In this document: in pieces, positions 18,511 through 27,671 of the stretch | How positions within the stretch are numbered: the first letter of the stretch is position 1 | Layout of the letters: each line of letters opens with the position of its first letter | Virus record (IMG/VR): IMGVR_UViG_3300023179_000013 | Location: 32,001 to 96,000 of that record | Length of the DNA: 64,000 bases | Direction: 5' to 3' (one strand) | DNA from: a virus | Position numbers and translations under genes: made by a program | The notes under the pieces: generated by a model | What the model saw: the letters and a program-made list of their open reading frames with translations, nothing else | Told to the model about the DNA's origin: nothing | The model's database searches: none

Positions 18511-20094
18511 ATGGCTAATCAAGCAGACATTAAAGAAATAATTAAGCAGGAGTACATCAAATGTGCTATGGATCCTGTGCATTTCTTTAGAAAATATTGT
18601 TACATTACACACCCAGTAAAAGGTAGAGTATTATTTCATCTATACCCATTTCAGGAAACAACATTAGGTGATTTTAGACAGCATCGTTTCTCCATAGTAA
18701 ATAAATCTCGTCAGTTAGGTATCTCTACTCTTGTAGCAGGATATGCTTTGTGGACAATGTTGTTTCAAAAAGATAAAACAGTATTGTGTATAGCTACTAA
18801 ACAAGAAACAGCTAAAGGAATGGTTGAAAAGGTACAATTTATGTATAATAACTTACCTTCCTGGTTACGTGGTAACCAAAAACCAATTTCAGATAATAAA
18901 TTATCACTAAAATTAGCTAATAACTCTCAAATTGTAGCTACATCCGCTGCCTCAGATGCTGGTCGATCCTACGCCGTATCCTTATTATTAATAGATGAGG
19001 CCGCGTTTATTGAAGGTATTGATCGCATTTACACCAGTATTAAACCTACCATTGCTACGGGTGGAGGAATCATAGCATTATCCTCTCCAAATGGTATTGG
19101 TAACTGGTTTCACAAAATGTATACTGAAGCTCAAATTGGCAAGAATGACTTCTGGCCAATAGAGCTAAAATGGAATTTACATCCTGATAGAGATGAGGCT
19201 TGGGAAGAACGTGAACGTGCAAACATGTCACCACGTGAATTTGCCCAAGAATATGACTGTGACTTCCTTGGTTCTGGAAACTCAGTAATTGAACCTGACA
19301 ATCTATCCTTTTATGAACAAACATTTATCCAAGATCCTGTGGAACGCCGCTTTATGGGTGGTGATTTTTGGATTTGGCAGTATCCTGATTATAGTAAGTC
19401 TTATATTTTATGTGCTGACGTTGCTCGCGGAGATGGCTCGGACTACTCAGCGTTTCATGTTATCGATGTGGAAACATGTGAACAAGTAGCTGAATATAAG
19501 TCGCAAATAGATACTAGAACATATGGTAATATGCTTGTTTCTGTTGCTTCTGAATATAATAATGCTTTACTTGTAGTTGAAAATGCAAACGTAGGATGGG
19601 ATGTAGTAAACACAATTATAGAAAAAGGTTATAGAAACTTATATTATTCACCTCGTGCTTATGGTGAAATGCATGTAGATAAATGGATGGCTAAAATGGA
19701 TAGTGAACAAACAGTTCCTGGATTCACTACATCAGTCAAAACAAGACCACTTGTTATCTCCAAAATGGAGGCGTATATTCGAGATAGAGTATTTACTTTT
19801 AGGTCTAAACGCTTACTTGAAGAATTACGTGTATTCGTTTGGCAAAATGGTAAAGCTCAAGCCCAAAATGGATATAATGACGACTTAGTTATGGCCTTAG
19901 GAATTGGATTATTTACTAGAGACACTGGTGTTAAATTCCATCAACAAGGGTTAGACATGACTAGGATGGCTTTGGGTGGTATATCTAGAACTGGTGGTGG
20001 ACCAGGTGACATGCCTATGTTACCAAGCGGAACACCAAATCCATATATAATGGATACACCCCACGGCCCTGAAGATTTTACATGGATACTATAA
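18511..20094 (+). CDS. terL: Terminase large subunit (T4 gp17-like)
   Basis: LYPFQ, KSRQLGIST Walker A, LLIDEAAF Walker B, SSPNG, ADVARG and NDDLVMA nuclease motifs. Confidence 0.95.
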   Translation: MANQADIKEIIKQEYIKCAMDPVHFFRKYCYITHPVKGRVLFHLYPFQETTLGDFRQHRFSIVNKSRQLGISTLVAGYALWTMLFQKDKTVLCIATKQETAKGMVEKVQFMYNNLPSWLRGNQKPISDNKLSLKLANNSQIVATSAASDAGRSYAVSLLLIDEAAFIEGIDRIYTSIKPTIATGGGIIALSSPNGIGNWFHKMYTEAQIGKNDFWPIELKWNLHPDRDEAWEERERANMSPREFAQEYDCDFLGSGNSVIEPDNLSFYEQTFIQDPVERRFMGGDFWIWQYPDYSKSYILCADVARGDGSDYSAFHVIDVETCEQVAEYKSQIDTRTYGNMLVSVASEYNNALLVVENANVGWDVVNTIIEKGYRNLYYSPRAYGEMHVDKWMAKMDSEQTVPGFTTSVKTRPLVISKMEAYIRDRVFTFRSKRLLEELRVFVWQNGKAQAQNGYNDDLVMALGIGLFTRDTGVKFHQQGLDMTRMALGGISRTGGGPGDMPMLPSGTPNPYIMDTPHGPEDFTWIL

Positions 20095-20101
20095 TTGATA
20101 A

Positions 20102-20109
20102 ATATTTAT
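20102..20109 (+). promoter_or_regulatory. ATATTTAT putative late promoter
   Basis: Upstream of the portal gene. Confidence 0.65.
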
Positions 20110-20127
20110 TGACATAATAAAACACAA

Positions 20128-22017
20128 ATGGCTGAACAAAATACAGGCTTATTTAGTAGATTAAGACGCCTATTCTCCACAGATGTTATCATCAGAAATG
20201 TAGGAGGCAATCAGTTAAAAACGGTAGACGTTGACAGAATTCAAGCTTACGGAAACGTAAAAACAAATGCTTTAATTGATAGATTCACCAAGTTGCACCG
20301 CTATGGCGCTAATATGCCATACAACCCAACAATGAACTACCAAACACTTCGTATTCAGTTATATACTGACTATGAAGCAATGGATACAGAATCAATTGTT
20401 GCCTCTGCTCTTGATATTGTTGCTGATGAATCAACATTAAAGAATGAAGCTCAAGAAGTAGTACAAATCAGAAGTGCTGACGAAAATGTTCAACGCATTT
20501 TATATAATTTATTCTATGATGTTTTAAACATAGAATTTAACTTATGGTTATGGATTCGCAATATGTGTAAATATGGCGACTTTTATTTACACCTTGAAAT
20601 TGCAGAAAAATTTGGTATTTACAGCGTAACACCATTATCAGTTTATGATATGGTTCGTGAAGAAGGTACAGATCCTACTAATCCATCTTATGTGTGTTTT
20701 AAGATTGATCCAATGGTAATTGCCGCTGGTGGTATCAACTCACGTGTTAAAGATAGAGATGGTAAGATTAAATTTGAAAATTATGAAATAGCGCATTTTA
20801 GACTATTAACTGACGCTAACTACTTGCCTTACGGACGTTCTTATATTGAGCCTGCTCGTAAGTCTTATAAGCAATATGTGTTGATGAAAGATGCTATGTT
20901 GTTACATCGCATCACCCGTGCCCCAGAAAAACGTATCTTCTACGTTGATATTGGAAACTTACCTCCGAATGAAGTTGATGGATACATGGAGCGTTTAAAG
21001 CAAAAAATGCAAAAAACTCCATTCATCGACAAAAATACTGGCGAATATAACTTACGTTATAACATGATGAACGTAATGGAGGACTTCTATATTCCACAAC
21101 GTGGCGCTAATAGCAATACTAAAATCGATACCTTAAAAGGTTTAGAGTATAATGCTATTGATGACGTAAACTTCCTCCGCGATGAAATGTTAGCAGCACT
21201 TAAAGTACCTAAAGCTTTCTTCGGATTTGAAAAAGACTTAACAGGTAAGGCTACATTAGCTGCTGAAGATATTCGTTTTGCTCGCACCGTTGAACGCATT
21301 CAACGTATTGTTGTTAGTGAATTGTATAAAATAGCCTTAGTACACTTATACGTTCAAGGATATGATGGTGAATCATTGACTAATTTCGAATTATCATTGA
21401 CTACTCCATCAATCATCTATGAACAGGAAAAAGTAGCATTATGGAAAGAAAAAATAGCATTAGCTAAAGATATCCAAGATACCAAATTATTACCTTCAGA
21501 TTGGATTTATGATAATGTATTCCAATTCAGCGAAGATCAATATGATGAATATCGTGATTTAGTACTTGAAGATATGAAACGTACCTTCCGCTTATCCCAG
21601 CTTGAAAACGAAGGTAACGACCCAGCTAAATCTGGTAAATCTTATGGTACACCACACGATCTTGCTTCATTGTATGGTAAAGGAAGAAATGGTGTTGGTG
21701 ATACAGGTGCTATCCCTCCTGGATATGACGAAAAACGTCCTGTTGGTCGTCCTGAAGAGAAATCTTCTATTGTAGGTACACAAAAAGACCCATTAGGTAA
21801 AGATAGATTAGGTAGTATTGAAAATGGTACATTATATACTGCTAATATTCCTGATGAAGGAAGCAGTACACCAAAAGGTGGTTCACCATTAGCATTAGCT
21901 GAATCTAAAAAGCATAAAGGCTTACTTGAAGGAATGAGTGCCTTCCGTAAAGAATTAGCTATTAAACCTGAACAGGAATCTACACTATTGGACGAAAAAA
22001 ATATCAAGGACGTATAA
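20128..22017 (+). CDS. Portal protein (T4 gp20-like)
   Basis: YGRSYIE, RITRAPEKRIFYVDIG, EDFYIPQR, ALKVPK and DIRFARTVERIQ. Confidence 0.92.
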   Translation: MAEQNTGLFSRLRRLFSTDVIIRNVGGNQLKTVDVDRIQAYGNVKTNALIDRFTKLHRYGANMPYNPTMNYQTLRIQLYTDYEAMDTESIVASALDIVADESTLKNEAQEVVQIRSADENVQRILYNLFYDVLNIEFNLWLWIRNMCKYGDFYLHLEIAEKFGIYSVTPLSVYDMVREEGTDPTNPSYVCFKIDPMVIAAGGINSRVKDRDGKIKFENYEIAHFRLLTDANYLPYGRSYIEPARKSYKQYVLMKDAMLLHRITRAPEKRIFYVDIGNLPPNEVDGYMERLKQKMQKTPFIDKNTGEYNLRYNMMNVMEDFYIPQRGANSNTKIDTLKGLEYNAIDDVNFLRDEMLAALKVPKAFFGFEKDLTGKATLAAEDIRFARTVERIQRIVVSELYKIALVHLYVQGYDGESLTNFELSLTTPSIIYEQEKVALWKEKIALAKDIQDTKLLPSDWIYDNVFQFSEDQYDEYRDLVLEDMKRTFRLSQLENEGNDPAKSGKSYGTPHDLASLYGKGRNGVGDTGAIPPGYDEKRPVGRPEEKSSIVGTQKDPLGKDRLGSIENGTLYTANIPDEGSSTPKGGSPLALAESKKHKGLLEGMSAFRKELAIKPEQESTLLDEKNIKDV

Positions 22018-22024
22018 CAACTAC

Positions 22025-22032
22025 ATATTTAT
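22025..22032 (+). promoter_or_regulatory. ATATTTAT putative late promoter
   Basis: Upstream of 22054; 15-nt match ATATTTATAGGTAGT with the 1178 copy. Confidence 0.65.
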
Positions 22033-22053
22033 AGGTAGTGCATACTATTTTAT

Positions 22054-22908
22054 ATGAAAATTAAACATAGCAAATTCAAAAATACTGGTATATTATTTGA
22101 ACTATTGGTTCGCCAAATCGCGTCAGATACAGTATCCGGTAAGGATTCAGCTGCTATTAATTTAGTAAAGAAATATTTTTCTAAATCTGAATTAACTAAA
22201 GAACATAAGTTATATCAGGCTTTAACTAATACTAAAGCATTAACTGAAAGTAAAGCCGAATCATTAATCACAGCAACACTTGAAATATCTTCACGTTTAA
22301 ATCGTTCTGCGTTACGTAAAGAAAAATATAATTTAATCAAAGATATTCGTGAAGCTTATGATATTGAAGAGTTCTTCAAATCAAAAATCAATAACTATTC
22401 ACAATACGCTGCTGCGTATAATTTAATTGAGGCTCATAACTCACTAGAGTTTGTTGAACCTGCTCAAGTTATTGAAAATAAAGTAACATTATTAGAGCAT
22501 ATTACTCGTAAAGAGGTAAATAAAGCTAATGTTACAGATCGCGTGTTAGAAGAGTATGCTAAAATGGACAAAGGTACTCGTATCTTAGCCTACAAAATGT
22601 TGCTTGAAAAATTCAACGAAAAATATGGTGATATGTCCCCAGCACAAAAATCTGTGTTGAAAGAATATATTAATAATATTTCTAATACTGTTAAATTACG
22701 TGAATTTGTAAATGAAAGCACTACCGCTATTAAAGCACAAATTGCACAATTAAGTAAAACAGTAGTTGATAAAACAACTCAAATTAAATTGACTGAAATA
22801 GTTAATTTATTAAAACCACTTGATAAAAATCAAAGCGTAAAGGATGATAACATCATTGCTTTACTGCAGTTTCACCAATTAATTGACGAATTAAAATCTG
22901 TAAAATAA
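22054..22908 (+). CDS. Helical head-morphogenesis-region protein
   Basis: 284-aa ORF after the portal gene, own ATATTTAT motif. Confidence 0.7.
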   Translation: MKIKHSKFKNTGILFELLVRQIASDTVSGKDSAAINLVKKYFSKSELTKEHKLYQALTNTKALTESKAESLITATLEISSRLNRSALRKEKYNLIKDIREAYDIEEFFKSKINNYSQYAAAYNLIEAHNSLEFVEPAQVIENKVTLLEHITRKEVNKANVTDRVLEEYAKMDKGTRILAYKMLLEKFNEKYGDMSPAQKSVLKEYINNISNTVKLREFVNESTTAIKAQIAQLSKTVVDKTTQIKLTEIVNLLKPLDKNQSVKDDNIIALLQFHQLIDELKSVK

Positions 22909-22915
22909 AAATAAA

Positions 22916-23476
22916 ATGGCACAATTAATCAACGAAGCAAAAAGAATGCAATTTTTAGCAGGTCTTATTACTGAATCACAATTAAATGAAGAAAGTATTA
23001 AGTCTTTATTAAAACAAAAAGAAGATGTAGTTAAAATATTATCACCTTTAAAAGGAACTACATTAAACTTAGTAGGGTTAAGTGAAGATAACAAACCAAA
23101 CGGATGCACAGCTACAGCTACTGTATCTAATATAAATAATGAATATTATCCACAAGGGTCTAATAGTGATCCAGATTATTTTCAAATAAGCCCAGAACTT
23201 ACTTTTACTATTTCTAATGAAAAATTAGGTAGTGATCAAGAAGAAAATAATAAATTTAAAAAAACTTTAGAAGATATCAAATCAACACCATGTACTATTT
23301 CTGGTGGTGGAAGTAATAAATTAAAAGTTATTATGGATGCTAATAGTGGTTTTTTAAGTGGCTATGAAATAGGAGCTACTAAAGAAAGTACATTCTTTAA
23401 AAAACTTGAAGAAATACTTAAAGCAGATATACAGTGGCAAAGTAAAGGTGGCGATTTATTAGCACTTGGAGCATAA
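22916..23476 (+). CDS. Hypothetical protein with RMQFLAG leader
   Basis: MAQLINEAKRMQFLAGLITE...LNE followed by an unrelated domain. Confidence 0.7.
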   Translation: MAQLINEAKRMQFLAGLITESQLNEESIKSLLKQKEDVVKILSPLKGTTLNLVGLSEDNKPNGCTATATVSNINNEYYPQGSNSDPDYFQISPELTFTISNEKLGSDQEENNKFKKTLEDIKSTPCTISGGGSNKLKVIMDANSGFLSGYEIGATKESTFFKKLEEILKADIQWQSKGGDLLALGA

Positions 23477-23486
23477 TATAAAAATA

Positions 23487-24278
23487 ATGAATTTAAAAGA
23501 ATACATAAAATCATTAGTACGTAAACAATTAGAAGAAGAATCTGCATCTGGAGATGCTGGTGGGTATTTAACACCACGTGCTTTTTCTTCTAAAGGACAA
23601 AAGAAAAATACTGCAACTAAATATGCTGAAAAAGAAGGATGGAAAGTAACCAAAGGAATGCCTAAGCATTCTAAAATGCTTGACTATAAAGAACTATGGA
23701 AAGGTAAAAAATCAGCAATGAACGAACTTTTAAACGAATTAGCTGAAGCTTCGATTCCTGTATCTGAAATAAAAAAAATTATCAAGTTATACGCTGAAAC
23801 TGATGGTATGACGGGGGCACAACTTTTTAATGCTTTAAAAGATTTATTAAGTAAATATAAATCTATAAGCGAGCGTAGTAATTATGATGCCCCTAGTGGT
23901 TATACTGCAGCTAGTGGATATACTGGTCCTAGTTTAGCTACTAAAGGAGGTGGATATTATGCATCTACAAAAGAAAATCAAATGAAAGAATCATTAAACA
24001 ACATTATTGAAAAAGAATTAATTAACGAAGTAACCTATAATAAGTTTAAAACTGAAGTTAAATTCAGAACTAAATCTGAACAACTTCATAAAGCAATTCG
24101 TGAGGTAAAACGTAAATTACAAGAAATTGATCGTATTGTTGAGTATACTTCTCGCATGAAACAAGAATTAAGTGAAGATGGAGGTATTAATTATTGGAAA
24201 GCTACCCAAAAGAATGTAGGTCAAATTTCTGAAATGATCAACCAATTAAATAATAAGATTAAAAACTTAAATCAATAA
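23487..24278 (+). CDS. Modular putative head protein
   Basis: ATG at 23487 (MNLKEYIKSL); GGYLTPRAF module; C-terminal coiled coil. Confidence 0.7.
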   Translation: MNLKEYIKSLVRKQLEEESASGDAGGYLTPRAFSSKGQKKNTATKYAEKEGWKVTKGMPKHSKMLDYKELWKGKKSAMNELLNELAEASIPVSEIKKIIKLYAETDGMTGAQLFNALKDLLSKYKSISERSNYDAPSGYTAASGYTGPSLATKGGGYYASTKENQMKESLNNIIEKELINEVTYNKFKTEVKFRTKSEQLHKAIREVKRKLQEIDRIVEYTSRMKQELSEDGGINYWKATQKNVGQISEMINQLNNKIKNLNQ

Positions 24279-24406
24279 TGGCAAAAGCAACTGGTAGAGG
24301 TGAGTCACGTAAAGTAACATTCGGTACACGCAAAGGTGGTAAAGCTGCTAAATCACGTGGACCTAAAGATAAAAAAGTATCAAAATATAAAGGCCAAGGC
24401 CGCTAA
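24278..24406 (+). CDS. 42-aa basic protein (below the ORF track cutoff)
   Basis: TAATG-coupled; MAKATGRGESRKVTFGTRKGGKAAKSRGPKDKKVSKYKGQGR; fills the intergenic gap. Confidence 0.75.
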   Translation: MAKATGRGESRKVTFGTRKGGKAAKSRGPKDKKVSKYKGQGR

Positions 24407-24418
24407 ATTACAATACAA

Positions 24419-26299
24419 ATGAAAAGTATAAAGCAACAATTCATTGATTTGAAAGAAGGTAGAATGTCACAACAAAATTTCATGAGAAATTTACGTATGG
24501 CTATGCCTCATTATGTAACTAATGTAACATCATTTGGCGATGCTGTTAAAATTCTTCGCAATAAGGGTATTTTAAATGAAGCTTTAATTGAAGGAAATCT
24601 TGACGTTGATCAAGAAGAATTAAAAAAAGGCATCAAAGTTGAAATGGAACATACTAAAGATCGTATTAAAGCTGAAGAAATTGCTTTAGATCATTTACAA
24701 GAAGATCCTAAATATTATACTAAATTAGATAAAGCTGGTTTAGAAGAGAATGATGGTGATGATGATGAAATCCAAGCTATGATTGATAAATACGAAAAAG
24801 AAAAAAAAGGTGAAGAAGCTGTAATGAGCCAATATGATGAAAATCTAAATGAGGCTAAAGCTAAATGGGAAAATGCTAATGGAAAATCAATGTATGCTCA
24901 ATTTAAAGAAATTGACAATTTAAATGGTCAAGAAGTATTGATTGGTATTGATTTGGAAATGGAAAAAGACGAAGATTTATCTAAAATTGAAGCTGCCAAG
25001 ATTGTCCTTAAAAACCTAAAGAAAAACCCAATCTACTATACAGCTATGTTATTAGCTGGTGGTAAAGAAATGACTGAAATTCCAACTATTGGTAAATTAA
25101 AGCCTGGCTCTGACAAAATGAAAGAAGTCAAAGGTGAAGATAGCTTGGTTGATAAAGATAATGGAATGAAGCCGGTTAAAGATATTGAAAAAGTAAAAGC
25201 ATCATCTAATAAAGCTTCTAAAGAAACTAACAAACCAGAAAAAGGCATTTCATTGATGTCATTAGTTGCTAAAGCATCTCGTGGTGTTCAAAAAATGAAT
25301 GCTACTGGTGAAAAAATGAAAGTAGTAAAAGAAGATTTAGAGCGTGATTTTGATCCTGAAATTGAAGGCAAACCATCATCAGCATATATGCAGTTTTTAG
25401 CACAAAAGAAAGGTGAAGAAGCAGCTGCTGAAATACATAATGGCCTTAAAAGAGGAGATAAAGTAAAAGTTAATTCTGAAGCTGCAAAAGCATTAAAAAT
25501 TAATCCTAACGAAACCTTTACTATCACTTCATTTAAAACAAACCGTCCAGGTTCTTTATTACAAAGTATTGATGTAGAATTAGCAAATAAAGTTGGTCAA
25601 AGTGTTGGATATGTTAATGTAGAATATGTGTATGAAGCTGGTAGTGAAACACCAAAAGTTGATAATGGTAGTGTTCCATCAACTATATTTAGCAGAAACG
25701 CTGGTATTTCTCAAAAATTAAAATCATTGTCTAAAGACGATTTAATGGAAATAATTCGTGAAGAATTATCTGAATATTTTGATGGTCGTGATAATTTAAC
25801 TGACACTGCTGGTCATCAAAATGAAGGAATAGTATCTGGAGCTTTAGCTAAAGTTAAAGATAAAATTGTTAATTCTTCTTTATTTAAAAAACTTATAGAT
25901 ACAATTGTATCTAAAATGTCTGACAAAGATATAGCTGCTTTTAAAGCTAAATTTAATATTTCTGAAGCAGAAGGTGGTCCGTCTTTAGAAGATATTATGT
26001 CTAAAGTAGATGCTATTAATCCTGATAAAACTGCTAAAACTCCTGAAGATTTAAAAGAAGCACTTGATGAAGATACACTTGAGGGAAAAATAGCTGGTTT
26101 GGTTAGAAGCATAGCTGGGATTAATTTATTAGCTTTAGGTGGTGCTCCATTAGGTATTTTTATTAATTCTTTATTAGGAATTGCTACGTGGGGATTTGGA
26201 GCTTTTATAGGTCCCGTGATTAGTTTAGTAGCTTCTCTTATTATTCATGGAATATCTAGTAGACTTTTAGGAAAAACAGGTGATGACGAGTTAGTTTAA
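24419..26299 (+). CDS. Modular protein with DUF5661-like repeats and C-terminal hydrophobic helices
   Basis: GIKVEMEHT...IALDHLQEDPKYY plus a degenerate second copy; many xxE junctions; Gly-rich TM-like C-terminus. Confidence 0.7.
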   Translation: MKSIKQQFIDLKEGRMSQQNFMRNLRMAMPHYVTNVTSFGDAVKILRNKGILNEALIEGNLDVDQEELKKGIKVEMEHTKDRIKAEEIALDHLQEDPKYYTKLDKAGLEENDGDDDEIQAMIDKYEKEKKGEEAVMSQYDENLNEAKAKWENANGKSMYAQFKEIDNLNGQEVLIGIDLEMEKDEDLSKIEAAKIVLKNLKKNPIYYTAMLLAGGKEMTEIPTIGKLKPGSDKMKEVKGEDSLVDKDNGMKPVKDIEKVKASSNKASKETNKPEKGISLMSLVAKASRGVQKMNATGEKMKVVKEDLERDFDPEIEGKPSSAYMQFLAQKKGEEAAAEIHNGLKRGDKVKVNSEAAKALKINPNETFTITSFKTNRPGSLLQSIDVELANKVGQSVGYVNVEYVYEAGSETPKVDNGSVPSTIFSRNAGISQKLKSLSKDDLMEIIREELSEYFDGRDNLTDTAGHQNEGIVSGALAKVKDKIVNSSLFKKLIDTIVSKMSDKDIAAFKAKFNISEAEGGPSLEDIMSKVDAINPDKTAKTPEDLKEALDEDTLEGKIAGLVRSIAGINLLALGGAPLGIFINSLLGIATWGFGAFIGPVISLVASLIIHGISSRLLGKTGDDELV

Positions 26300-26322
26300 G
26301 AATTAATTTATAAATAACAAAA

Positions 26323-26934
26323 ATGAGTAAATCATTATTAATAGATCACACCCCCTTTCAATCAGCTAAGCTTACTTTAGTTGAAGGTAAAGATACTAAA
26401 GCTGGTTTAGTTGAATTAGTAGGTAAACTACAAGCCGCTGACCAAGAAAATGGTAACAATCGTAAATATCCTTTTAAAGTTCTTAAACGTGAAGTAGACA
26501 AATATTTAGAAGGTCCTGTTAAAACACGTACTGCTTTAGGCGAATTAGATCATCCTGAAGCATCTGTTGTAAATTTAGCAAATACTTCACATGTTGTCAC
26601 TGATGTTTGGTGGGATGGAAATAACGTTATGGGTAAAATCCAATTATTACCTACACCATCAGGCAATATTGCTAAAGCATTAATTTTATCAGGTATTCCA
26701 CTTGGTATTTCATCTCGTGGTATGGGTTCAGTTAAACAGTTAGGTGAAACTGTAGAGGTACAAGACGATTTCGAATTATTATGTTGGGATTTAGTATCAG
26801 TACCATCAACCCCACAAGCATATATGCAATTAGCTGAATCTAAGAAATTTGCTTCAGTTAAAGATTATAGTAAAGTAAATGAATTAATTACCGAAATTAT
26901 TTGCGCACAAACAGGAGTATGTCCACTATGTTAA
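26323..26934 (+). CDS. Prohead maturation protease (T4 gp21-like)
   Basis: NGNNRKY, GELDHP, GISSRGMGS and DLVSVPS. Confidence 0.93.
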   Translation: MSKSLLIDHTPFQSAKLTLVEGKDTKAGLVELVGKLQAADQENGNNRKYPFKVLKREVDKYLEGPVKTRTALGELDHPEASVVNLANTSHVVTDVWWDGNNVMGKIQLLPTPSGNIAKALILSGIPLGISSRGMGSVKQLGETVEVQDDFELLCWDLVSVPSTPQAYMQLAESKKFASVKDYSKVNELITEIICAQTGVCPLC

Positions 26935-27518
26935 TACAAGAAGCAAAAAGACTACAGCAATTAGCTGGTATTATAACTGAAGCTGAAGATGCTAAAGCTG
27001 AACAAGCTGTTGAAAAAGGATTAAAATCTTTTTTAAATATTTTACAATCAGCGGAACAACAGGTTAAAGTATCTCCTAATGATGGAAAACAAAATGAAAT
27101 TTTTGTAACTCTAGCATCTATTATAATAGGAGCACCAGGATTATTAAATTTACTTGGGAAAGGAGCAGATCTTATAGGACAATATTTTTCACAAGGTGCT
27201 GTTAATAAAACAAAAATAGGTGATTTGTTAAAAACTGCAGGTCATAATTTAGAAAACCAATATATAGGTTCTTTAGCAGGATGGATTAAAGCAGCTTATC
27301 CTAAAAGTTATGGAGATCAAGATCCTTTTGACAAAACATCAGAATTACATGATTTAGCTCATGGAGCTTACGCTTCTTTATTAGTTGGAGCTGCTATTGG
27401 ATCTGGACTTGAAGCAGGCCATGCTATAAATGCTGTTGTTAAAGGGCTCGAAGGGGGTGCTGCTGCTTTTAAAACATCTGAAGTAGCAGATTTAGCTAAA
27501 AAAATAGTAGCTGCTTAA
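26928..27518 (+). CDS. Hydrophobic Gly/Ala-rich protein with RLQQLAG leader
   Basis: ATG at 26928: MLIQEAKRLQQLAGIITE; hydrophobic helices downstream. Confidence 0.7.
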   Translation: MLIQEAKRLQQLAGIITEAEDAKAEQAVEKGLKSFLNILQSAEQQVKVSPNDGKQNEIFVTLASIIIGAPGLLNLLGKGADLIGQYFSQGAVNKTKIGDLLKTAGHNLENQYIGSLAGWIKAAYPKSYGDQDPFDKTSELHDLAHGAYASLLVGAAIGSGLEAGHAINAVVKGLEGGAAAFKTSEVADLAKKIVAA

Positions 27519-27547
27519 AAATAATTCGCGGTTTTTAATATCTACAT

Positions 27548-27555
27548 ATATTTAT
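27548..27555 (+). promoter_or_regulatory. ATATTTAT putative late promoter
   Basis: Upstream of the scaffold-capsid operon. Confidence 0.65.
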
Positions 27556-27671
27556 GGGTAGCCTACAATAGCTACCCACTTCTATTTATGGTAGCTTGGT
27601 TAATCAATTAACCCCCATTAAGCTTCTCTAATAAGCTTATTTCCGAAAACAAATTTAAGGAGAAAAACAAA

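Noticed and set aside
18511-22017. Intein or intron in terminase or portal
   Set aside because: Both ORFs are continuous, of ordinary length, and lack splice or homing motifs.
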